Below, piece after piece: positions 8,678-18,263 of a stretch of DNA of 53,953 nt; the first letter of the stretch is position 1, and the number at the start of each line of letters is the position of its first letter. Location of the stretch: positions 1 through 53,953 of IMG/VR virus record IMGVR_UViG_3300019135_000051; one strand, 5' to 3'. A program made the translations under genes and the position numbers. Below the pieces are notes generated by a model, which saw only the letters and a program-made list of their open reading frames with translations, did not search any database and had not been told where the DNA came from. This DNA comes from a virus (lineage: Duplodnaviria; Caudoviricetes).

Positions 8678-9552
8678 ATATTATATTCTCGCCCGGCACG
8701 GTGTAATAATGCTTCAACTAGGTGTCTGAGGCGTCTGACGGTTACTTGATCTAAGTTTATATCATTATTTCTCAGGACCCTAATACAGTGATTTATCAAA
8801 TCAAATAAGTTTACAGCTGTATCGGACTCAAGATTAGATAGGTATTCCATAACAGTAATGTCCAAAATATTAAGCATGCGGGGGCTCAATGTAGTTTTAT
8901 CGCTATCCGTTCCTGAAAAATTGGCTGACAAATTATTGATAGAACGTAACTGTGCAGATTTTAACGCAGCTATATCAGTCTGCATCTCCGTTAGCTGATT
9001 AACAATAAGGTCGAACGGCATCACTTCAGTTTGATCAAGTTTAGCGACTTTAAATTCACCAAAACTCTTAAGAAAGGGGGAATGGTTCGGATCTTTTTCG
9101 GCATCTTCTAATGTTGCAATGGTTTTTCTAACTAGAGTGTTTTTAAACTCTACGATTCTTGTAAATCTGAGGTCTCTTGGATATTCAATATGCTCTATTC
9201 CTCCAGTATCAAATGAATAGTTTGTTTTATCGTCTTTGATTATGATTGTTGGTTTATCAAAAGCCAGGCGCATACCTAATTCGAACATAACATTTGGGTT
9301 CTTGCAGCTTACATCACAGATAACAATATCGGAATTGTAGAGACCCTGAACAATCCTTTTGTGGATTAACCCACTACTATCAGAGTCACTTACCAATCGA
9401 GTTTCGAAGTGGTAATGGTCATTCGAAGAAAGTGCATCAGTAATGATTGACTTTACTTCTAACCAATGTTCGGGTCCGCAGTTATCAATTTGTGCTATTG
9501 GCATAACTAATCCAACATGAACTTTCTTGGTTTCCTTAATCTCAATAACCAT
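8674..9552 (-). CDS. AT-rich moron: nucleoside 2-deoxyribosyltransferase-like (NDT-type) domain protein
   Basis: VMPI...SDIVICDVSCKNPNVMFELGMRLAFDKPTIII; own extended -10 TGGTATAAT at 9585-9593 (minus strand). Confidence 0.75.
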   Translation of the reverse strand: MVIEIKETKKVHVGLVMPIAQIDNCGPEHWLEVKSIITDALSSNDHYHFETRLVSDSDSSGLIHKRIVQGLYNSDIVICDVSCKNPNVMFELGMRLAFDKPTIIIKDDKTNYSFDTGGIEHIEYPRDLRFTRIVEFKNTLVRKTIATLEDAEKDPNHSPFLKSFGEFKVAKLDQTEVMPFDLIVNQLTEMQTDIAALKSAQLRSINNLSANFSGTDSDKTTLSPRMLNILDITVMEYLSNLESDTAVNLFDLINHCIRVLRNNDINLDQVTVRRLRHLVEALLHRAGREYNI

Positions 9553-9622
9553 TGTAGCCCCCTGTTTACACAATTATTAGGAACATTATACCAATTGTGA
9601 GGGACAAAAGTAAGGAGAGGAT

Positions 9623-10003
9623 ATGATGAAAAACGCAGCAGTGAAAATAAAAACGGAGATGTGCAGTAACAAAAACAACTCTTATATCCAGGTAATCGGA
9701 GATTTCTTGCTCCGGCACCTTGAGGCCAATCCGGACTGCGCAGAGAAGATCCTGGCTACCGACAAGACGATCGTTAAAAGTCTTGACGCCATGAAGAACG
9801 AGGCCCGGAAAAAACAGCACAACGGTATGGCCATGCTCACCGATGCGGAGGGCTTCGCAATTGTGCTGAAATATTTCGGTATTGAGGGCGTGCCTGTCGC
9901 TGCGGATGCGCCGGCAGCACCGGTATCAGCGCCAGTCGCTACCGCCCCTGTGAAAAAGCCTGTTGCAGTCGATTTCGACGTCAAGCTCGAAGACTTTCTA
10001 TGA
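9623..10003 (+). CDS. PcfK-like protein (family including AcrIIA9)
   Basis: AEKILATDKTIVKSLDAMKNEARKK...LTDAEGFAIVLKYF; immediately upstream of pcfJ. Confidence 0.7.
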   Translation: MMKNAAVKIKTEMCSNKNNSYIQVIGDFLLRHLEANPDCAEKILATDKTIVKSLDAMKNEARKKQHNGMAMLTDAEGFAIVLKYFGIEGVPVAADAPAAPVSAPVATAPVKKPVAVDFDVKLEDFL

Positions 10004-10018
10004 GGGAGATGAAGATGT

Positions 10019-11599
10019 ATGGACCTGAAACAGTTTTCAGCTCATTTCCCTGAGAAACAAAGTCCGGAATTCGTCTCATTTGTGGAGAACGTGGCCATGC
10101 TGTCAAGCCGCTACATATTCACCTGCCGGAAAGGCAAGAAACAATATGGTTATTGCACGCATTGCAAGGCCGAATTTGAGACGCCGGGGATCCGCCACAA
10201 TGAGTTTTATGTCTGCCCGTCATGCGAATCCCACTGCGGCGTGCGCGCCAGCGGGAAGGGCCGCAAGCAGATGGTCGATGAGGCCTACGTAGTGTGGTAC
10301 GAAAAGTCGCTGGTCAATCCGGATGCGATTACCGCTCGCGGTGTGCTAGTTGTGAGGGATTATCGAGGAGACTATCGGGATGTGCCCACACATATCTCAG
10401 TCCGTGCTGAGTACCTGTTTGAGCCAGGAAAAAGCTTGATGCTGGACCATCCATATCTTTACTACAGCTTGTCCTACGGCGAAATGAGAAACGGGAGCTC
10501 GGTTTACTTCCGAAACAGTGTATTCTCTTTGGCCAATGGCGTCATGGCCAAGAAGCGATTATATTGCTCAGTCGATAGCATCGAAGCTGCTGTCCAAGGA
10601 ACGCCGTTCCGGTACAGCACCTGGGAGAATTATAAACACGACGATATGGTTGAATTCTTCGATCTTTTCGCAAAGTACCCGTGCATCGAATACCTCACGA
10701 AGATGGGGATGCGCGGGCTGGTTGAGGCAAAACTGGCGGGGGATAAAACATACGGAATGATCAACTGGCGCGCAAAGAACCCGCAGAAGGTTTTGAAAAT
10801 GACCAAGCAGGAGATAAACGAACTCCGCGACACGGGAGTCCGGGTGGATCCTTGGCTGTTGTATCTCAAGCATTTGTCCAAAAATGACGGCTCCAAACTA
10901 TCTTTCGAAGAACTGGCAAGGATCCATGCTGACATCTCCGAAGAGTGGCTTCCCGATCTTAGCAAGGTGCTTGAACGCACAACTCTACGCAAAGCATACG
11001 CCTATCTGGGTAAGCAACTTGGGAAGTCAGACGTCTCTCGGCGACATCGCAACAAGGGTCAATTGCTGTCTACCTGGAACGATTACATTGCGGATTGCCT
11101 GCGACTGGGGCTCGATATCACAAGGGAGGCTGTACTTTTTCCCACGAATCTATATCGGGCTCATCAGAACACAATCAAACAGATCAAGGTGAAAGAGGAT
11201 GAGAAGCTGAGAGCCCAATTTGCATCTAGAGGCAAAGCACTTGAAAAGTTGAGGTTTGAAGCACTTGGATTTCTCCTTCGACCTGTTTCCGATCAGAACG
11301 AGCTCATCGAAGAGGGGAAGGCGCTGCATCATTGCGTAGGAACCTACGCGCCGCGTTACGCCAAGGGGGAGACGGATCTGCTTCTCTTGCGTAAAGTGGA
11401 CGAGCCTGACAAGCCCTTTTACACGATGGAGATCCGCAACGGATCGATTGCCCAGTGCAGAGGGCTGAATAATTGCTCACCGACTGCAGAGGTTCAAGCC
11501 TTCATTGATCTTTTCGTCTCCAAAAAACTGCTGACCAAAAAGCGAACGCGTGTTGACGTGACCGCCCTTCAACAAAACAGACAGGAGGTAGCTGTATGA
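10019..11599 (+). CDS. PcfJ-domain protein
   Basis: N-terminal CTHC/CPSC; C-terminal LIEEGKALHHCVGTY...PFYTMEI...QCRGLNN. Confidence 0.88.
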   Translation: MDLKQFSAHFPEKQSPEFVSFVENVAMLSSRYIFTCRKGKKQYGYCTHCKAEFETPGIRHNEFYVCPSCESHCGVRASGKGRKQMVDEAYVVWYEKSLVNPDAITARGVLVVRDYRGDYRDVPTHISVRAEYLFEPGKSLMLDHPYLYYSLSYGEMRNGSSVYFRNSVFSLANGVMAKKRLYCSVDSIEAAVQGTPFRYSTWENYKHDDMVEFFDLFAKYPCIEYLTKMGMRGLVEAKLAGDKTYGMINWRAKNPQKVLKMTKQEINELRDTGVRVDPWLLYLKHLSKNDGSKLSFEELARIHADISEEWLPDLSKVLERTTLRKAYAYLGKQLGKSDVSRRHRNKGQLLSTWNDYIADCLRLGLDITREAVLFPTNLYRAHQNTIKQIKVKEDEKLRAQFASRGKALEKLRFEALGFLLRPVSDQNELIEEGKALHHCVGTYAPRYAKGETDLLLLRKVDEPDKPFYTMEIRNGSIAQCRGLNNCSPTAEVQAFIDLFVSKKLLTKKRTRVDVTALQQNRQEVAV

Positions 11600-12438
11600 G
11601 TGAATTGGTACGGACCGCGCAGGTGATCGCGGCCGAGATCCGCAGCATTGACACACAGACCAGAGAGATCGTTTTGCGGAGTGCGATTGAGATCGGTAAG
11701 CGCCTGAATGAAGCAAAAGAACTGGTGCCACACGGTGAATGGAGAGCCTGGTTGGAGTCAAATGTCCATTACAGCCAATCCACCGCGAACAACTTCATGC
11801 GAATCGCAGAGGAGTACGGATCAAATTACCAAGCGATTGAGAATTTAAGCTACACCAAGGCGCTGGCTCTTCTCGGCGTTCCGGAGGAGGAACGGGAGCA
11901 GTTCGCCCAGGAACATGACGTCGAAAATATGTCGGCGCGCGAGCTGCAGCAAGCGATCAAGGAGAAGAAGCGGTTGGAGAAGGAGTTGAAAAAGGTCCAG
12001 CAGGCTGCCGAGAAGGAACGCAAGGAGCGTGTAGAACTTCAAAAACAAGTCGCCGAACTGCAAGACAAGCTGTTCGATGCGGAAATCGACGGAAATGAAG
12101 ATGAGGTCCAAAAGCTTGAAAATGAACTGAAAGCGGCTCAGGAAAAGGTGAAGCAGTTGGAGAAGGAGCTGCGGGAAAAACCGATCGATGTGCCTGCGGT
12201 TGTGGAGAAAGTCCCGGAGGAAGTAGAGAAGGAACTGGCCGAGCTTCGGAAGAAGGCATCCCAGTCAGGGAACGAAACGGCGATAAAGTTCAAGGTTCAG
12301 TTCGAGGGACTTGCTGCGGGGTTCCGGGATCTGTTGGCCACTCTGGCGGAGATTGAGGCTGCTGATCAGGAAACATATAAAAAATACAAAGGTGCAGTGC
12401 TTGGGCTAATCGGCAAGATGTCAGAGAGGCTTAACTAA
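11596..12438 (+). CDS. DUF3102-domain coiled-coil protein
   Basis: IEIGKRLNEAKELVPHGEWRAWLE...STANNFMRIAEEY. Confidence 0.88.
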   Translation: MSELVRTAQVIAAEIRSIDTQTREIVLRSAIEIGKRLNEAKELVPHGEWRAWLESNVHYSQSTANNFMRIAEEYGSNYQAIENLSYTKALALLGVPEEEREQFAQEHDVENMSARELQQAIKEKKRLEKELKKVQQAAEKERKERVELQKQVAELQDKLFDAEIDGNEDEVQKLENELKAAQEKVKQLEKELREKPIDVPAVVEKVPEEVEKELAELRKKASQSGNETAIKFKVQFEGLAAGFRDLLATLAEIEAADQETYKKYKGAVLGLIGKMSERLN

Positions 12439-12587
12439 TCGGTAATGCAGGAAAGGGGAACGAAAAATGTACTGCTATGATGAAAATGGCACGCTGCTGG
12501 GGCTTGGCAGGACTCAGCGTAGGGCTACTTCTTGGCTGGCTGATCTGGGCTTAACACAACACACGATTTGTTAAGAGGGGGATAACC

Positions 12588-12797
12588 ATGTGGCCAATGC
12601 ATTCAGCGAATGGACTTAAAAGAGGCGAGCGCGTAAAGCATGTGAAAAGTAATCGCAGTAAGTGGAATCACCTGGTTAATGGGGTCATCGAGGATATTTC
12701 CATGACAGCGGAAAGTGTTTACGTGCGGTGGTATGACAGCGACGGAAAGAAAATTCATTGGGCGAAATACAAATGCGAAATGATCGAGAAAATCTGA
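12588..12797 (+). CDS. Small hypothetical protein
   Basis: RBS GAGGGGG; 69 aa. Confidence 0.6.
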   Translation: MWPMHSANGLKRGERVKHVKSNRSKWNHLVNGVIEDISMTAESVYVRWYDSDGKKIHWAKYKCEMIEKI

Positions 12798-12937
12798 CTT
12801 AACAAAACATTACACGTGAAAATAAAAAAGCCTCATAACTGAGACACGCTTTACTTATTATTTTTGGTTATTATCGGCCCATTTAGCAACAGATTGTACG
12901 CTGTCGCTAAATGCTGCACTTTTGCAGAGGTCACTGC

Positions 12938-13024
12938 TTACCTAAGCGCAAACACTGCAAAGGTAAAGCACAATGCAAAAATGGTGACACAGAAACCTAA
13001 AAAGGCTAGACTTTGCTTTCCCAT
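12938..13024 (-). CDS. 28-aa hydrophobic peptide MGKQSLAFLGFCVTIFALCFTFAVFALR, absent from the ORF track
   Basis: Strong RBS AAGGAGGTGG; upstream TTGACA-18-TAATTT on the minus strand. Confidence 0.6.
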   Translation of the reverse strand: MGKQSLAFLGFCVTIFALCFTFAVFALR

Positions 13025-13118
13025 TCCAAACCACCTCCTTCTTCTTACTTGGTGGTTGAAACACACAATAAATTACCATTTTTTTATGTAGATTGTCAAA
13101 TTGAAAGGGTGAACCTTC

Positions 13119-15476
13119 ATGCTTGACCAGGACATCGAACTTGATATCTCTTTCGGCAAACACCGGGCCGACATGAACTGGAAGCCGGAGTACCTCACCT
13201 GGAACGAGTTCGTTGGCCGTCTGCAGAAGGTGCGCCGAACGTCCGAAACGATGGCCCAGTACGACAAGATGACCGTGGTCGGGAAAGGAAAGGTTAAGGA
13301 TGGGCCCGCCTTTGTTGGCGGGCTTATCCGGGGCGGACGGCGGAAGAAGGAGAACGTCGACACCCGCAGCCTGATCACGCTGGATGCCGACTTTGCGGAC
13401 GATGATTTCCTCTTCACCACAGAGCTCGTCCTGGGCGGACGGGCCTACGTCGTCTACTCGACCCACAGTCACCGTCCGTACAAGCAGAAATACCGCCTCA
13501 TCGCGCCAGCTGATCGCACCATGAGTCCAGACGAGTACGCGGCGGTTAGCCGGCGGATCGCCGAGCAGATCGGTATGCATTACTTCGACAAAACGACCTT
13601 TCAGGTTCATCGTCTGATGTATCTGCCCAGCTGCTCTGCCGATGCGGAGCCCGTGCTGAACATTTATGAGGGCGGCCCAATCTGCGTTGATGACATCTTG
13701 GCCGAGTACGATGACTGGCGGGACGTAATGAGCTGGCCGCGGCATCCGGAAGAGAAGAAGGCGATTCGGACGTCCGCCAATAAGGCACAGGACCCGCGGG
13801 AAAAGTTTGGCACGATCGGGCTGTTCTGTCGGGCGTTTTCGATTGATGAGGGCATCGACACGTTCTTGTCAGATGTGTACGTTCCCGGCTCCATGCCGAA
13901 CCGGTACACCTACATTCACGGTTCGTCAGCCAACGGCTTGGAAATCTATCCAGATCAGGAGCTTGCCTACTCCCACCAAGACAGCGACCCGGTGGCTGAC
14001 GGGCGCACATATAACCTGTTCGATCTTGTGCGGGTCCACAAATTCGGCCATCTGGATGAACGAGTGAAAGAGCATACGCCTGATACCAAGAAGCCAAGCC
14101 ATCTGGCAATGGAACAATGGGCGATTCAGCTCCCGGAGGTCAAGCGGCTCGCAGCAGCGGAGCGTCAAGCGGATTTCGGGGAGATGGCCAAAGAATTCGA
14201 TGAAGATGACGATCCGGAGGATGACAGCTGGACGGAGAAATTGGAGCGACATCGCAAGACCAGTGAAATCTTACCTACGGCTGAAAACGTGGAACTGCTC
14301 CTCACTCACGGCCCCTGGCGCGGCGTTCTCGCCTATGACGCCTTTGGGAATACGGAAGTGATCCGGAAGCCGCTGCCGTGGCGTGGCCGCGAACGGCCAG
14401 GGCGAACTTATGAGCCATGGCTGGCGGCGGACGACAAACGGCTGCAACACTGGTTTGCCAAAGTCCACAAAATCACCTCAGCTAAAATCATCCAGAACGC
14501 TTTCACTGAAGTGGTCCATAAAAACACCTTTCACCCGATCAAGTCCTATCTGGAAAGCACCGTTTGGGACGGCGTGCCGCGGGCGGAGAGGATCTTCCCC
14601 GTATACCTAGGGGCACCTGATACGCATTACGTCCGACAGGTGACGCGGAAAATGCTGCTGGCGGCAGTCACCCGGCTGTACCGGCCAGGCTGCAAGTTTG
14701 ACCAAATGCTGGTCCTCGTTGGCCCGCAGGGGGCCGGCAAGAGCAGCCTGCTGGCGAAGCTGGGGCGGGAATGGTTCAGCGACTCGCTGAGGACGTTCGA
14801 GAACAAGGAGGCGGGGGAGCATCTGCAGAGCGGCTGGATCTTTGAGATCGGAGAGCTATCAGCCATGAAGAAGTCCGAGGTCGAAGAGGTCAAAGCGTTC
14901 TTGTCCAAGACGGAGGATCGCTACCGGGTGGCCTACGACCGGCAGGTGTCGGAATTCCCGCGAAAATGCGTATTTTTCGGCACGACCAACACCCGCGACT
15001 TCCTGCGGGACGCCACGGGAAACCGCCGCTTTTGGCCGGTTGAGGTGGATCCGGAGAAGGCGGAGCTGAGCCACTGGACGCACTTGACGGATGAAGTGGT
15101 GAGCCAAATCTGGGCGGAGGTTTTGTGCTGGTTCAAGGCGGGGGAAACCTTGGAGCTGGATCAGGAAGCCAGGACGGAAGCTGAGCGCCAACAAGCGGCA
15201 CACATGGAGAGCGATCCGCGCGAAGGGCTTATTCAGGAATGGCTCGATACGCCGATCGAGGACGAATGGGCGGACGGCCCATCAGACCAGTTGCGGCAGC
15301 GCGTCTGTGCTGCCCAGATATGGGTGGAGTGCCTAGGAAATAAAAAGGGGTCCATGCGTCCATGGGAGGCCAAGGAAATTTTGGACATCCTGCGCCGCAT
15401 ACCCGGCTGGGAAGAGAGAAAAAAGAGAGCGCGGGTAGCTGGATACGGATTGCAAACCGTCTTTGAACGGGTTTAG
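13119..15476 (+). CDS. VapE/VirE-family primase-helicase
   Basis: LDAD and YSTHSH primase-like motifs; Walker A GPQGAGKS; GTTN...TGNRRFWPV. Confidence 0.92.
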   Translation: MLDQDIELDISFGKHRADMNWKPEYLTWNEFVGRLQKVRRTSETMAQYDKMTVVGKGKVKDGPAFVGGLIRGGRRKKENVDTRSLITLDADFADDDFLFTTELVLGGRAYVVYSTHSHRPYKQKYRLIAPADRTMSPDEYAAVSRRIAEQIGMHYFDKTTFQVHRLMYLPSCSADAEPVLNIYEGGPICVDDILAEYDDWRDVMSWPRHPEEKKAIRTSANKAQDPREKFGTIGLFCRAFSIDEGIDTFLSDVYVPGSMPNRYTYIHGSSANGLEIYPDQELAYSHQDSDPVADGRTYNLFDLVRVHKFGHLDERVKEHTPDTKKPSHLAMEQWAIQLPEVKRLAAAERQADFGEMAKEFDEDDDPEDDSWTEKLERHRKTSEILPTAENVELLLTHGPWRGVLAYDAFGNTEVIRKPLPWRGRERPGRTYEPWLAADDKRLQHWFAKVHKITSAKIIQNAFTEVVHKNTFHPIKSYLESTVWDGVPRAERIFPVYLGAPDTHYVRQVTRKMLLAAVTRLYRPGCKFDQMLVLVGPQGAGKSSLLAKLGREWFSDSLRTFENKEAGEHLQSGWIFEIGELSAMKKSEVEEVKAFLSKTEDRYRVAYDRQVSEFPRKCVFFGTTNTRDFLRDATGNRRFWPVEVDPEKAELSHWTHLTDEVVSQIWAEVLCWFKAGETLELDQEARTEAERQQAAHMESDPREGLIQEWLDTPIEDEWADGPSDQLRQRVCAAQIWVECLGNKKGSMRPWEAKEILDILRRIPGWEERKKRARVAGYGLQTVFERV

Positions 15477-15481
15477 CAGTT

Positions 15482-15730
15482 GTATCAGTGCGGTGATCAG
15501 TGCGGCACTCACCACTGATACAACTGATACGGGTAATGTAACAGATGTATCAGTGGTATAACAGTAAAATAGCCAAACACTGATACGCAGAAAATGCAGT
15601 AATGTCAACGCAAAATGCCTATATGTATCAGCTGTATCAGTAAATTTAATAGAAATAGTAAAGATAGTAATTAACTATATAGCGACTATAGTTAAACGCA
15701 AAAAATGCGCATATACGCGTGCGCGTGATA
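15482..15730. repeat. Putative phage replication origin: seven GTATCAG/CTGATAC iterons in both orientations plus an AT-rich tract
   Basis: Copies at 15482, 15515, 15524, 15547, 15580, 15625 and 15634, directly after the primase-helicase. Confidence 0.72.
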
Positions 15731-15753
15731 CTTCTGAACAAGGACGTGAGGTA

Positions 15754-16254
15754 ATGCAAGACTATAAGACATGGATCGCATCCCGGCTTGATGTGGTCGG
15801 CCCACTCGGGGAACTGGCCCGGATCATCCATTCGGACCCGAGTTTTCCAGATACTTCGGAGAGGGAGAAAATCCAGCAATGGCTATCAAAACGACCAGAT
15901 TATGAGCGATTGAAAATTGCCTTTATCGGTACGTGGAAGTATTACTTGGCCGATGCAAAAAAGCAGCTACGTGAAGTTTCCCTGGAGAGCAGATTGGTTC
16001 ACGAGGTAGAGAAGAGGGGCGGGCTTTGCTGGAAATTCACTTCCCCTGGAACGGTAGGTGTCCCCGATCGACTCGTCATAGCACCTGGGGGGAAAGTCGC
16101 ATTCGTTGAAATGAAAGCACCCCGTGGAAAACTTCAGCCCATACAACGAAAGCGAGCGGATGAGCTAATAGCTCGCGGCGCGAAATGGTATCTCTTGAAG
16201 TCAAACCAGGACATTCTGATTTTCTTGCAGGAGATGTTTGGTGATGAAGTATAA
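15754..16254 (+). CDS. YozE/SAM-like domain fused to a VRR-NUC nuclease
   Basis: N-terminal LGELARIIHSDPSFP...FIGTWKYY; C-terminal KFTSPGTVGVPDRL...FVEMKAP...Q. Confidence 0.82.
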   Translation: MQDYKTWIASRLDVVGPLGELARIIHSDPSFPDTSEREKIQQWLSKRPDYERLKIAFIGTWKYYLADAKKQLREVSLESRLVHEVEKRGGLCWKFTSPGTVGVPDRLVIAPGGKVAFVEMKAPRGKLQPIQRKRADELIARGAKWYLLKSNQDILIFLQEMFGDEV

Positions 16255-17620
16255 ACCGCACCAATATCAGGAGTACGCCACCCAGCGGATCCTGGATACG
16301 CCTTACATAGCCCTTCTGTTGGAGATGGGACTTGGCAAGACCGTATCCACATTGACGGCGATCGATCTGCTGCTGAACGATTACTTCGAAGCAGGCCGAG
16401 TATTGGTGATTGCGCCCCTTCGAGTGGCAGACGATACCTGGGCCCGTGAGATTGAAAAGTGGGATCACCTCCGGCATCTCCGGATTTCGAAGGTCTTGGG
16501 CTCTGTCACACAGCGCCGGAAGGCGTTGAAAGCTGAAGCAGACATTTGGGTCATCAATCGGGAGAACGTCGAGTGGTTAGTGAGCGAGTATGGCAGCAAG
16601 TGGCCCTTTGATACGGTGGTGATCGATGAGCTGTCCAGCTTCAAAAATCACCAGTCCAAGCGGTTCCGGGCACTCCGTCGCGTACGGCCGATGATGAAAC
16701 GGGTCATCGGATTGACGGGAACGCCAGCACCGAACAGCCTGATGGACTTGTGGGCTCCGATCTATCTGCTGGATCAGGGCGAGCGTTTGGGCAAAACCAT
16801 CACCGGGTTCCGCGACCGATACTTTCTACCTGGCGAGCGCAGTGGCCACATCGTATACAAGTGGCATGAAAAGAAAGAGGCTGAGCAGCGAATCTACGAA
16901 GCGATCAGCGATATCGCTGTAAGCATGAAGGCCGAGGACTGGCTGGAATTGCCGGAGAGAATCGACCGGATTGTGCCGGTCAAGCTGTCAGACAACGCCC
17001 GGGCGTTGTACAAGAAGCTGGAGCGGGAGTTGCTTCTTCCCTTCACAGACGCTGATGTCGTGGCCCAGACCGCCGCGGTTCTTTCGAACAAGCTGCTGCA
17101 AATGGCCAGCGGCGCCGTTTACGACGAGGAGCGCGGCGTCAAGCAGATCCACGACGGGAAGCTAGATGCGCTGGAGGACATCATCGAGGCAGCCAACGGT
17201 AAGCCGGTCATGGTGTTCTACAACTTCAAGCACAGCCTTGACCGGATCCAGCAGCGCTTCCCGCAAGCACGGACCCTGCGGAAGGGAAAGGACGGAAACG
17301 AGGACATCCGGGCATGGAACAACGACGAAATCCCGTTGCTGTTGCTTCATCCAAAATCAGCAGGCCACGGCTTGAATCTTCAGGAGTCAAGTTGTCAGAC
17401 GGTAGTCTGGTACGACCAGATATGGTCGCTGGAAGAGGACCAGCAGGCGAACGCCAGGGTTCACAGACAGGGCCAGACCCGCAGGATCGTTGTATTGCGA
17501 CTGGTGGCTGAGGGGACGATGGATGAAGAGGCTGTCTCGGCCCTGGAGAGAAAAGCAAGCGGCCAAGAGGCCCTGATGCAGGCGGTTAAAGCACGAATTG
17601 ATCGGGTAAAAGGGGAGTGA
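16244..17620 (+). CDS. SNF2-family (DEAD/H-like) helicase
   Basis: MGLGKT, IDELS, LTGTP, GHGLNLQ, ARVHRQGQ. Confidence 0.94.
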   Translation: MKYKPHQYQEYATQRILDTPYIALLLEMGLGKTVSTLTAIDLLLNDYFEAGRVLVIAPLRVADDTWAREIEKWDHLRHLRISKVLGSVTQRRKALKAEADIWVINRENVEWLVSEYGSKWPFDTVVIDELSSFKNHQSKRFRALRRVRPMMKRVIGLTGTPAPNSLMDLWAPIYLLDQGERLGKTITGFRDRYFLPGERSGHIVYKWHEKKEAEQRIYEAISDIAVSMKAEDWLELPERIDRIVPVKLSDNARALYKKLERELLLPFTDADVVAQTAAVLSNKLLQMASGAVYDEERGVKQIHDGKLDALEDIIEAANGKPVMVFYNFKHSLDRIQQRFPQARTLRKGKDGNEDIRAWNNDEIPLLLLHPKSAGHGLNLQESSCQTVVWYDQIWSLEEDQQANARVHRQGQTRRIVVLRLVAEGTMDEEAVSALERKASGQEALMQAVKARIDRVKGE

Positions 17621-18051
17621 ACAAGATGTCAGCGATCAAAATCCGGAAAGGTACCTTTCAGCACGTCGAATCTGAACTGTATGCCTATCACGACACGAGA
17701 AAAGAAATTGTGCGCCTGAAAAACGAGATTTTATACGCGAGCACATCGACTGATGAAAACGTTGGCGGCGGGAGGGGGAATATTCCCGGGGATCCGACAA
17801 GCCAGACAGCCATCCTGCTGACAAACCACAAGAAGCTGGAGCAGCTGCAAAACATCGTGGATGCCATCGAAAACGTAGTCGAACGGTTAACTGATGATAG
17901 AAAAAGACTTGTCCGATTAAGATATTGGGACAAGCCCAGACGACTTACATGGGACGGGATCGCAGCGGAACTGCATGTCAGCCGCCGCCAAGCGATGCGA
18001 TGGCGAGACGAGATCGTTCTAGCAGTGGCCGAAAAGATTGGTTGGAGATGA
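17617..18051 (+). CDS. RinA/ArpU-family late transcriptional activator
   Basis: ESELYAY...DPTSQTAI...LRYW...TWDGIAAELHVSRRQ; last early gene. Confidence 0.88.
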   Translation: MNKMSAIKIRKGTFQHVESELYAYHDTRKEIVRLKNEILYASTSTDENVGGGRGNIPGDPTSQTAILLTNHKKLEQLQNIVDAIENVVERLTDDRKRLVRLRYWDKPRRLTWDGIAAELHVSRRQAMRWRDEIVLAVAEKIGWR

Positions 18052-18131
18052 TGACACTAAGATGTCACTTTTGGCACTTAAATCCATGATAACATGGTAG
18101 TGTGGAAAAAAATCAAATAAGTGAATTGGAC

Positions 18132-18159
18132 AAGCCATCCGATTTCGGGTGGCTTTTTG
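18132..18159 (+). terminator. Intrinsic terminator-like hairpin
   Basis: AAGCCATCCG ATTT CGGGTGGCTT followed by TTTGT. Confidence 0.6.
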
Positions 18160-18263
18160 TATGGGGCGATCCGCACTGTAAGGCACGTTACTGGGTCGTC
18201 GGATCAGGTATCACGGGTGAGGTATGTGCCTTTGAAACACTTACTCCAAGGGAGAGAGGAGTT

